Positions 39,159 to 50,179 of a stretch of DNA of 64,000 nt are shown piece by piece. Positions within the stretch are counted from its first letter, which is position 1. Every line of letters starts with the position of its first letter. The DNA comes from Pecten maximus. Taxonomy: Eukaryota. The position numbers and the translations under genes were made by a program. The notes below the pieces were generated by a model that was not told where the DNA came from, did no database searches, and saw nothing but the letters and a program-made list of their open reading frames with translations. The stretch is taken from positions 26,102,001 to 26,166,000 of the forward strand of contig NC_047033.1 of assembly GCF_902652985.1 (NCBI RefSeq). The letters run 5' to 3'.

Positions 39159-39339
39159 GAGGATGGGAGATCACTCTGTTGCGTAATCATTAAGATACAG
39201 GTCACGTGACGGTAGGGAGGGCGGGATTTTTGAATCTTGTTTTTTGGGGATACAAAGATGGGTGTAAGTGATGAATATGCATACTAAAGTTATGGTAAGT
39301 ATTACCTCATGAAAATTGGTTTTACTTTAAAAACCTCAA
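39159..39339 (+). repeat. DIRS right inverted terminal repeat plus right extension
   Basis: Inverted copy of the left ITR, followed by gtattacctcatgaaaattggttttactttaaaaacctcaa, which is complementary to the second half of the ICR. Confidence 0.95.
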
Positions 39340-39500
39340 ATTAGTGATACATACATTTCTATTAGTGAAACATACATTTCCATTAGTGATACATACATTT
39401 CTGTTGGTGATACATACATTTCTATTAGTGTTACATACATTTCTATTAGTGTTATATACATATCTATTGGTGTTACATACATTTTTATTGGTGATACATA
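39340..39500. repeat. 21-bp minisatellite (right arm)
   Basis: The same unit resumes in phase after the DIRS right end. Confidence 0.95.
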
Positions 39501-40611
39501 AATCTTGATATAAACATTGAACATACATTGATATTTGTATTCTCAAGTTCTATTAGAGTATCATACATAAATTGTTTTTCATTGTTGCGAGATCATATGA
39601 CAAATATGTATGTTGTCTGGTTATTGAGTACTCCATGATTCTATAATAAATCCCTCAACATCTCTCTCAATCTGACATCCTGTATCCATATATAAAACCA
39701 ACCCAGCCCTGGTGCAGTTTTAAATCTGGTGGTTTGTTTATCTTAATTGTCCCAACACAATGAGACCGCATCATACATCATTCACATCATATATTATTCA
39801 GCCATTAGAAATAAATAATAACAAAAGGGTATTGTAGTGATTGCTTAAAATGTCAAATCAGCAGACTTCAATCTTTACGGTATTGATTGATGGGAATGTA
39901 CAACCTTGGTGATGGCAGGTTTGACCTTGGAGTTGATTAGCCGTTATTATATAAAATCAATGCGGAATCCCACAAACTTAAACTTATAGCAAATGAGAAG
40001 TCTGAATGTTTAGTTATCTTTTATACAGACTGTTCTCAGGCAATTTACTAGGTAATTATAGAGGGTTAAGTTAACAAATAACCATTTTCAATGTTGAAAA
40101 TTTTATCACCTAATTGCAACAGGTAATATAGTAATCGGTTTTTTATTCTTATTTCCTATTTTTTTTAATTATTTTTGTAAAAAAACTATTTTGAATATTA
40201 GATACAAGTTGAGTTTTTAGAAATTTTTTATGAAAACGATTTCAATTCTTGCAGATCTGATCATAAAGTCTGGTACTCATAACATCACAATCATATATCA
40301 AAACTAATTTTTCATTGTGCTCCACATTGTTGGATAAAGGGAAGTAACTCTTTATATCTTATACATCCGTATATTCCTCTGGGTCTTGCTCAGCTAGACT
40401 TATATATACCGAGCTCAAAACATTATACAGAGTCTGTGTCATGAAATGTCTCCCCATTTATAGGCATCAAATAAACATTTTGATCATTTTTGGTATAAAT
40501 TTAAAATTATTTTTTCTGCCGGTTGCTAAGCTCATTCTCATTACCTGAGTATATTGTGTAAGATTTGAAGCTCTGCTGGTGAGCTTTAAGGTTCGCCATT
40601 ACTCAACTGGG

Positions 40612-40840
40612 GGGGGTCGCGATGTGGTCGAGTGGTTAAGGTGTCCCGACACTTTATCACCAGCCCTCCACCTCTGGGTTGCGAGTTCGAAACCTACGTG
40701 GGGCAATTGCCAGGTACTGACCATAGGCCGGTGGTTTTTCTTCAGGTACTCCGGCTTTCCTCCACCTCCAAAACATGGCACGTCCTTAAATAACCCTGGC
40801 TGTTAATTGGACGTTAAACAAAAACAAACAAACAAATAAA
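40612..40840 (+). mobile_element. tRNA-derived SINE (V-domain-like)
   Basis: A box TGGTCGAGTGG, B box GAGTTCGAAAC, central GGTACTCCGGCTTTCCTCCAC motif resembling V-SINEs, (AAAC)n tail. A second copy lies at 42078. Confidence 0.85.
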
Positions 40841-41022
40841 TTAGAATATACATGTATACATATATTTTTATGTTCTTTTAGAAGTTATCACATATGTAGA
40901 AAAGTTAAGAAATGGTTTCTCAGTAAATTATTGAGTAAATGTACTTAATATCGTATTTGTAGTATATTTCTATGCCCATCTTACTTGCATGATTCGCCTC
41001 CTGAATTTCCATTTACTTTAAT

Positions 41023-41599
41023 CCCCTAGCATCACTGACGAGTCTTAGAAGGATATAATAGTTGTATGATTCCCCTAACATCAGTGACTAGTCCTAGAAG
41101 GATATAATAGTTGTATGATTCCCCTAACATCAGTGACTAGTCCTAGAAGGACGAAACAGTTATTTGATGTCCCTAACATCACTGACGAGTCTTAGAAGGA
41201 TATAACAGTTGTATGATGTCCCTAGCATCAGTGACTAGTCCTAGAAGGACGAAACAGTTGTATGATGTCCCTAACATCACTGACGAGTCCTAGAAGGACG
41301 AAACAGTTGTATGATGTCCCTAACATCACTGACGAGTCCTAGAAGGACGAAATAGTTGTATGATGTCCCTAACATCACTGACAAGTCCTAGAAGGACGAA
41401 ACAGTTGTATGATGTCCCTAACATCACTGACGAGTCCTAGAAGGACGAAACAGTTATATGATGTCCCTAACATCACTGACGAGTCCTAGAAGGACGAAAC
41501 AGATGTATGATGTCCCTAACATCACTGATGAGTCCTAGGAGGACGTAACAGTTGTATGATGTCCCTAACATCACTGACGAGTCCTAGGAGGACGTAACA
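41023..41599 (+). ncRNA. Tandem array of 12 hammerhead ribozyme motifs (49-bp unit)
   Basis: Unit ACATCA-CTGACGA-GTCC tagaa GGAC-GAAAC agtt GTA-TGATGT-cccta: CUGANGA core, stem II, GAAA, GUA cleavage triplet and 6-bp stem I. Cores recur every 49 bp from 41035 to 41574. Confidence 0.9.
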
Positions 41600-42077
41600 A
41601 TTTCCATCCACAATTGGACCCCCTTGACATGTGCTTCCATTCAGACCAACAAGTGCACTTTTAAAATATGAGTTGATATACATGTATCTAACTTTTTTTG
41701 CAAAAATGTTGTTTAAGAACTTAAGTGGATACAGTATCATTGAATTTACATGTAAAGTTGTTATTTGTTTAATCAGTATTTTATACAACCCTTGAAATAC
41801 TGAGAACTCTTTCTTGTAGAAAGTTCTTGAAAATATTTTGCACTCCTCTGCAGTTTGAAAAATCTTTGAAAAGTTTAAACTGACTTCAACTCAAAATAAG
41901 GCATGAAATTCTTCCTAAATACCCGTAGGTCAGCTTATTTTAGGTGTGTACCTCAGTGTGTCATCCTGATTTACCTAGCTGTTCTTAACAAACACAACCT
42001 CAAAGTTGTGAGTGATATGTTAAATCTACCCATCCAGGCACTTAAAGCTTTTCATATTGCAGACAGAATCTATTGTA

Positions 42078-42262
42078 GTGGCCGAGTGGTTAAGGTGTCC
42101 CGACACTTTATCACTAGCCCTCCATCTCTGGGTTGCGAGTTCGAAACCTAAGTGGGGCAGTTGCCAGGTACTGACGGTAGGTCGGTGGTTTTTCTCCAGG
42201 CACGTCCTTAAATGACCCTGGATGTTAATAGGACTTTAAACAAAATAAACCAATAAACCAAA
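42078..42262 (+). mobile_element. Second SINE copy, internally deleted, with 8-bp TSD
   Basis: Homologous to 40612-40840 and flanked by CTATTGTA at 42070-42077 and 42263-42270. Confidence 0.85.
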
Positions 42263-43180
42263 CTATTGTAATCATGAACAGAATAGGACAACTTTAAATT
42301 CTGAAACTGCTGTTTTAAGAGCATTCATAAAGTTCATTTTTAATTTTTTTTTTTTACCTTTATGAATTTCCTCTCTTGCCTTTCAATGTACATACATAAA
42401 CACTTCAGGCTTTTAAATGTAGCATTACCTGGGAGTTTTAGATGGACAAAAAACAGCTGAATAGTGTAGTTTATTCGTTTTTGGCTCTACTCCATCTTAC
42501 TCTCAATTTGTATTGAAAGGTGCATGTCTTTTGTACTTCCAATGACTAAAGGGGAATAACTCTATGTTTTTCCTTTCCTGTACAATGTTATTGATCGTAA
42601 GGTAATTTCGTCAGTGATCAATATATTCCCAGATAGGCTTTCCCTTAACCAGTATGATGTTATGTTTTGCACAAAAACACTACAGGCCGTGTTCTACATC
42701 TCTGTCATATACAACCAGCGCTTCATTCTCCGTCTTCAAGAAAAAAATCGATCCTGATCTCTGGTCAGCAATATTAGTGTAAGCCATGTCCCCGATTCCT
42801 TGTCACTGTGTTGGCCTTATTTGGTAATAGGTATCACAATTTCCTGTACGAAGGTAAAATCCTGTCAAATCGTAATCATTTAGTGATCATCGCTGTACCG
42901 TTCGCTTGCCTAATGATGGATCAACCAATCCTGCCAGCATATGCTTGTTAAGGCAAAGCAGACAGTTTTCTTTTAATCTGAATCGGTTGGCAATCAAATC
43001 TGCATAGATTCATGAAGTGTTGAAAGCTTGCAGACAGTTAATTAGCCTGGCTAGTTTGGCAGCTTCACATTTGTGATATATGGTTGTTTAATTTGTGGCG
43101 TCACTAAATTTTGTAATTTTAATGTACGTAGGGTTAGCTGTGGTACTCAGTAGTCAGAACATAGTTATATTGTATCACTA

Positions 43181-45982
43181 TACAATCAAACCTGCCTTAG
43201 AGGTCATCTGTATAAGAAATACCTATAAATGCCACCTATATCAGAAACACCTAGCTGTCTATCAAGGCCATCTGTATCAGAAGTACCTGTCTATAAAACT
43301 CACCTGTATCAAAACACCTGTCTATAATGCTTAAGTCCATCTGTATCAAATATACCTGTCTATAAAGGCCGTCTGTAACTGAAACACCTGTCTATAAAGA
43401 CCATCTATATCAGAAACACCTGCTGATTAATGCCACCTATATCAGAAACATATCACTATAAAAGCCACATGTATTAAAACACCTGTCTAGAAAGGCCATC
43501 TGTATCTGAAACACCTGTCTATAGAGGTCACCTGTATCAGAAACACCTGTCTATAGAGGTCACCTGTATCAGAAACACCTATCTATAGAGGTCACCTGTA
43601 TCAGAAACACCTATCTATAGAGGTCACCTGCATCATAAACACCTATCTATAGAGGTCACCTGTATCATAAACACCTGTCTATAGAGGTCACCTGTATCAG
43701 AAACACCTGTCTATAGAGGTCGCCTGTATCAGAAACACCTGTCTATAGAGGTCACCTGTATCAGAAACACCTGTCTATAGAGGTCACCTGTATCAGAAAC
43801 ACCTATCTATAGAGGTCACCTGTATCAGAAACACCTATCTATAGAGGTCACCTGCATCATAAACACCTATCTATAGAGGTCACCTGTATCATAAACACCT
43901 GTCTATAGAGGTCACCTGTATCAGAAACACCTGTCTATAGAGGTCGCCTGTATCAGAAACACCTGTCTATAGAGGTCACCTGTATCAGAAACACCTATCT
44001 ATAGAGGTCACCTGTATCAGAAACACCTGTCTATAGAGGTCACCTGTATCAGAAACACCTGTCTATAGAGGTCACCTGTATCATAAACACCTGTCTATAG
44101 AGGTCACCTGTATCAGAAACACCTATCTATAGAGGTCACCTGTATCAGAAACACCTGTCTATAGAGGTCACCTGTATCAGAAACACCTGTCTATAGAGGT
44201 CACCTGTATCAGAAACGCCTATCTATAGAGGTCACCTGTATCAGAAACACCTGTCTATAGAGGTCACCTGTATCAGAAACACCTGTCTATAGAGGTCACC
44301 TGTATCAGAAACACCTATCTATAGAGGTCACCTGTATCAGAAACACCTGTCTATAGAGGTCACCTGTATCAGAAACACCTGTCTATAGAGGTCACCTGTA
44401 TCAGAAACACCTGTCTATAGAGGTCACCTGTATCAGAAACACCTACATGTATCTATAGAGGTCACCTGTATCAGAAACACCTGTCTATAGAGGTCACCTG
44501 TATCAGAAACAACTATCTATAGAGGTCACCAGTATCAGAAACACCTGTCTATAGAGGTCACCTGTATCATAAACACCTGTCTATAGAGGTCACCTGTATC
44601 AGAAACACCTGTCTATAGAGGTCACCTGTATCATAAACACCTGTCTATAGAGGTCACCTGTATCAGAAACACCTGTCTATAGAGGTCACCTGTATCAGAA
44701 ACAACTATCTATAGAGGTCACCTGTATCAGAAACACCTGTCTATAGAGGTCACCTGTATCAGAAACACATGTCTATAGAGGTCACCTGTATCAGAAACAC
44801 CTATCTATAGAGGTCACCTGTATCAGAAACACCTGTATATAGAGGTCACCTGTATCAGAAACACCTGTATATAGAGGTCACCTGTATCAGAAACACCTGT
44901 CTATAGAGGTCACCTGTATCATAAACACCTGTCTATAGAGGTCACCTGTATCAGAAACACCTCTGTATAGAGGTCACCTGTATCAGAAACAACTATCTAT
45001 AAAGGTGACCTGTATCAGAAACACCTGTCTATAGAGGTCACCTGTATCAGAAACACCTACATGTATCTATAGAGGTCACCTGTATCAGAAACACCTATCT
45101 ATAGAGGTCACCTGTATCAGAAACACCTGTCTATAGAGGTCACCTGTATCAGAAACACCTATCTATAGAGGTCACCTGTATCAGAAACACCTGTCTATAG
45201 AGGTCACCTGTATCAGAAACACCTGTCTATAGAGGTCACCTGTATCAGAAACACCTGTCTATAGAGGTCACCTGTATCAGAAACACCTGTCTATAGAGGT
45301 CACCTGTATCATAAACACCTATCTATAGAGGTCACCTGTATCAGAAACACCTGTATATAGAGGTCATCTGTATCAGAAACACCTGTCTATAGAGGTCACC
45401 TGTATCAGAAACACCTACATGTATCTATAGAGGTCACCTGTATCAGAAACACCTACATGTATCTATAGAGGTCACCTGTATCATAAACACCTGTCTATAG
45501 AGGTCACCTGTATCAGAAACACCTGTCTATAGAGGTCACCTGTATCAGAAACACCTGTATATAGAGGTCACCTGTATCAGAAACACCTGTCTATAGAGGT
45601 CACCTGTATCAGAAACACCTGTCTATAGAGGTCACCTGTATCAGAAACACCTATCTATAGAGGTCACCTGTATCTGAAACACCTGTCTATGTTACATGTA
45701 CTGATGACATATAAAGCTCAAAAAGGTCAATAAATATATTGAAAGGAATATACAGATCACCTGTATAAGAAATACCTGTATATAAAGGTCACCTGTATGA
45801 AAAGCACCTATGTATAATTGCCACATTCGTCAGAAACACCTGTCATCTCTTTTGGTTCCAGCGTAACCGTTGTAAGACACAAATGTGAATTTATGACCCC
45901 CTATATAAAGGCCACCTGTCTTGAAAGGCCACTTTTCTATTTTAACCTTGAATGGCCTTTGTAGAGAGGTATAAGGACTGTA
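43181..45982. mobile_element. Tc1/mariner-type MITE-like remnant enclosing a satellite expansion
   Basis: Diverged inverted ends tacaatcaaacctgccttagaggtca and tggcctttgtagagagg..gactgta, both ending in TA. Confidence 0.45.
43500..45690. repeat. 32-bp minisatellite
   Basis: gaaacacctgtctatagaggtcacctgtatca. Confidence 0.97.
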
Positions 45983-46304
45983 TACGATTATCATAGAGAA
46001 TACAATTAATATCACTGATTACGGTCTAAACACCGGAAATCGATACAACCTTGGTTATTTGTCATCTGAAGTTTCTGTAATTAATTTCACTGTGTAATCA
46101 GCAGGAATATTTGAATACACAGAAAGAAGATTAATTTCAGAATTATCCACATCATGTGTGTGATTATCAGAATGGTGCCCCCATGACTGATTTCTAGCAA
46201 TCTGGATAATATACCGATTCCACCAAGGTCTTTCTGCCTTAGATCCAAATTTTAATATGGAGATTTGTTGACATGTTTTGACTCCAATATCTTGATACTT
46301 ATAA

Positions 46305-46710
46305 ATACAGGTACAGATATCTGGATATTTACACATAAATGGTCAGATATCTGGACAGTTATACATACAGGGGTCAGATATCTGGACAGTAGTACATACA
46401 GGGGACAGGTATCTGGACAGTAGTACATACAGGGGACAGATATCTGGACAGTAATACATACAGGGGTCAGATATCTGGACAGTAGTACATACAGGGGACA
46501 GGTATCTGGACAGTAGTACATACAGGGGACAGATATCTGGACAGTTATACATACAGGGGACAGATATCTGGACAGTAATACATACAGGGGACAGATATCT
46601 GGACAGTAATACATACAGGGGACAGATATCTGGACAGTAATACATACAGGGGTCAGATATCTGGACAGTAGTACATACAGGGGACAGATATCTGGACAGT
46701 ACTACATATA
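46305..46710. repeat. 32-bp minisatellite
   Basis: ggacagatatctggacagtaatacatacaggg. Confidence 0.95.
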
Positions 46711-47287
46711 CATGGAGTGTTTTCTGTACTCTAGGAAACATTGAAGTCTATTGATTAGTAACTATGATAGCTATTACATCTGTGTGTATATCACTCGAGA
46801 TTTCCTGGTATTATGTAGGGAGATTAGTGCAGACTTGTCAGGATTATAAATTAATTGTACATAATATCTGTATGGATTAATACAGAGAATCTCTAGTATC
46901 TAGCTGATAAAGGATATGTTATTTGTACATGCAAACAATACAATTTAAGTAAATACTTTTGTATTGCATTAATTGAGTTGGAGTGGTCATCATTTCAATT
47001 TACAGACAATCAAAATAAATATCAATGGCCATTAATTTTGATTAATCATCTGTAATAATTCATCTAGTTTGTCACTAGAGCTAATGCATTGCTTACTGAG
47101 TGTTTATCTGACAGAACAAACATTTTCAAATTATTTCAAAATTTGGATGTGAGTAGTTTAAAAAATTGAGAGAACAAGTTTTTTTTGTACATTTTATATA
47201 CTAGATTGCTGTGTATTTTTTAACACACTTCAACAATAGAGGTACATTGTATAGGGTTTCATTTTAGTATCACTTTTGTTATTCATG

Positions 47288-47982
47288 AACACTTACCTGA
47301 TATGTCTCAGACTTGAGCATTAACCTGGTAAGTCTTGGACTCTAATACTTACCTGGTAAGTCTTGGACTCTAATACTTACCTGGTAAGTCTCGGACTTTA
47401 ATACTTACCTGGTAAGTCTTGGACTCTAATACTTACCTGGTAAGTCTCGGACTTTAATACTTACCTGGTAAGTCTTAAACTCTAATACTTACCTGGTAAG
47501 TCTCGGACTCTAATACTTACCTGGTAAGTCTCTGACTCGAACAATTACTGATAAGTCTTGGACTCTAATACTTACCCGGTAAGTCTCGAACTCTAACATT
47601 TACCTGGTAAGTCTCGGACTCTAACAACTACCTGGTAAGTCTCTGACTCTAACAATTACTGATAAGTCTTGGACTCTAACACTGTACCTGTAAAGTCTCG
47701 GACTTTAATACTTACCTGGTAAGTCTCGGACTTTAATACTTACCTGGTAAGTCTCGGACTTTAATACTTACCAGGTAAGTCTCGGACTTTAATACTTACC
47801 TGGTAAGTCTCGGACTTTAATACTTACCTGGTAAGTCTCGGACTTTAATACTTACCTGGTAAGTCTCGGACTTAAATACTTACCTGGTAAGTCTCTGACT
47901 CTAACACTTACCTGGTAAGTCTCGGACTTTAATACTTACCCGGTAAGTCTCGAACTCTAACATTTACCTGGTAAGTCTCGGA
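47288..47982. repeat. 28-bp minisatellite with ACTTACC-T-GGTAAGT palindrome
   Basis: aatacttacctggtaagtctcggacttt, ~25 units. Confidence 0.95.
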
Positions 47983-48089
47983 AAAACTTCTAAAATTTGT
48001 TTCATAAAATCTCATATAAAATGAAGATCCTATATATTATGCACAACTCAGTCAATACAGCTACATTTTATTAAGATTTTTTAAAATTT

Positions 48090-48143
48090 ACTAATTGATG
48101 TATTTCTAATGTCTACTTTTTTATTCTGTATTTTCAGGTAAGT
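48090..48143 (+). promoter_or_regulatory. Candidate recursive splice site (3'ss abutting 5'ss)
   Basis: CTAAT branch-like motifs, a pyrimidine tract, then ttttcAG|GTAAGT at 48137/48138. Confidence 0.5.
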
Positions 48144-48250
48144 GTTTTGATAAAGAAAGGAAGGAAGGTGATAATGGAGAGAACTGGACAATTAAAGATG
48201 GAGAATTTTATAAGTACCTTATCACACATGTATACATATCAACCTCCCTA

Positions 48251-48895
48251 TGTACAATTCGTATCCATGTATGTAAATACATTGCGATCCAGGTATTCAT
48301 ATCATCTTATAGACAACTTCCACAATGATCATGTTAGGGTATCGGGCCGACCATCACTGCGCCATTGAAACGTTCTTTTTTAAGAACGCCGATGTGGTGC
48401 AGCGGTACAGGCTGCGGGTATTTCTGGCTAGGCAATTGGGTGCCGTAGATCTCGAGTTCGAGGCCCGGTCGGGGCATAAGTCAATAAGTTGTCTTCCTTC
48501 ATCGTTTGTGTTGCTAAGTTATATATCTGTTTATTAGCACAATGTATGTGTTGGTGATCCGAAGATATAGATTTGAATTTCCTGTCGAAGTTGTACCGAG
48601 AGAAATATATATAATATATGTACGATTCGTATCCATGTATGTAAATACATTGCGATCCCGGTATTCATATCATCTGATAGAGGACTTCCACAATGATCAT
48701 GTTAGGGTATAGGGCCGACCATCACTGCGCCATTGAAACGTTCTTTTTTAAGAACGCCGATGTGGTGCAGCGGTATAGGCTGCGGGTATTTCTGGCTAGG
48801 CGATTGGGTGCCGTAGATCGTGAGTTTGAGGCCCGGTCAGGGCACGAGTCAAAAAGTTGTCTACCTTCGTCATTTGTGTTGCTAAGTTATATATC
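48251..48895 (+). mobile_element. Tandem 1.75 x 368-bp element with internal tRNA-like region, flanked by a direct repeat
   Basis: Copies start at 48251 and 48619. Each has an A box TGGTGCAGCGG and a B box GAGTT(C/T)GAGGCC. ATATCAACCTCCCTAT occurs at both ends. Confidence 0.7.
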
Positions 48896-48940
48896 AACCT
48901 CCCTATATATACTTCATTCATGGGAGACTTTACATGTTCA

Positions 48941-49392
48941 TTTCAGCTCACCTAATTAATCCAAACAGGGAAGATTTGCACTGTGGCTAAAATCCTTTTC
49001 CTTCTATATGAATGAAAGGATTCGGTTCATATTTCATATGAAGCATCATTGGGCGAATGGGAACCATTTTTATTGTATAAACAGTGGGTCTGGCTCCCTA
49101 GGGGCCTGAAGGGCAGGGCCCAATAGGGTAAACATAGCAATGAATTTAAAATCCTTCTTCTCCTGTCGGAATGAAAGGATTTTGTCCATATTGGGTCTAG
49201 ATTGTACTTGAATGAATGAGAACTAATTTTGTGTAAACAATGGAACCTGGCTTCACAGGTGCCTGAGGTATGGGGCCAAATATAGGAAATTGAGCAAATT
49301 CCTCAAAATCCTTTCTCTGTAGAAATGTGTATTTTCCCAAATTTGCTACCATTATCCAGGTGAGCAATACAGGCTCTCTGGGCCTCTTGTTT
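48941..49392 (+). mobile_element. HINE-like element
   Basis: Sub-terminal inverted repeat GCTCACCT/AGGTGAGC, internal repeats (aaaatcctt...gaatgaaaggatt), and 3' aggc..gcct hairpin followed by cttgttt. Confidence 0.65.
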
Positions 49393-50179
49393 TTGAATTC
49401 TGCATACTTCTTAACCTGCATCCATATTGAGGATAAAAAGGCTAAAGTAAAAATATTGCATTCACTTTCTTGTCAAAAAGATAATTATATTTAGGTTTTG
49501 AGGATAATTTAATTTTCACCCTGCATCATTTTCTCCCTAAGCTATCTGAAACTTAAAAAGCTGACATGTTTACCGTTTCAGTAGACTTAGAAACGATGTT
49601 AACAAGGCGATGCAGCAAAGTCAACAGAGTAAGATGTTCAATAAATTGTAAAACTCTGACCATTATTTGTATTCAGAAATGCGAGTCGAATTTCTCCCTC
49701 TTTTATAAAGTTGAGAATAATTAAAAAAGCATTACTGACAGCACATAATTACTTCATATGCATTTTGTCATTTGAAAAATTGAAATCTTAAAATGACATT
49801 GTTACATATGCAAATGAGTGGCCTTGGATCCAATGGAATCTCTATCAGTACTTCAATGCTATTAGGTACGAAGCTAATGTGTAACATGTTCGCATTTATA
49901 GGGAAAGTGCTTTCCAGATCACAATTAAATTAACTTGAAATTTACGATTTCCTCTCAGGAAAATTGGATGTTTGTGTGCGATACATTGAAGGATTATTAA
50001 AAACTAGGGTATTTTCATTGCCCCTGTGATATGAAATTATATATGTTATCAGTGTCGTTTTTGTATACGACTCGTCGATAATGATGGCTGTTAAAATCCC
50101 GTTGACTAATGGCAACCATCGAAGCTTTAAAGCAGTGTTAAAATTTGTGATAGAATTTCAAAATATTGATCTATAAAAT

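Larger units (their letters stand above)
32575..39339 (+). mobile_element. Full-length DIRS1-like tyrosine-recombinase retrotransposon
   Basis: GC-rich island with gag-like, RT/RNaseH/MT and YR ORFs. It has 140-bp inverted terminal repeats, a right-end extension and an internal complementary region. It starts with TTT, has no TSD, and its removal restores the satellite unit catttct|attagtg. Confidence 0.97.

Noticed and set aside
47288-47982. U1 snRNA genes
   Set aside because: The match is limited to the first 12 nt, with no stem-loops or Sm site.
48388-48476. Functional tRNA gene
   Set aside because: A and B boxes are present, but the acceptor and T stems pair poorly and there is no clear anticodon loop. 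Treated as tRNA-derived.
48551-48600. Possible degenerate hammerhead (CCGAAGA..CTGTC-GAAG) in the 368-bp unit
   Set aside because: The core has several mismatches and stems I and III cannot be formed cleanly. A family consensus would be needed.
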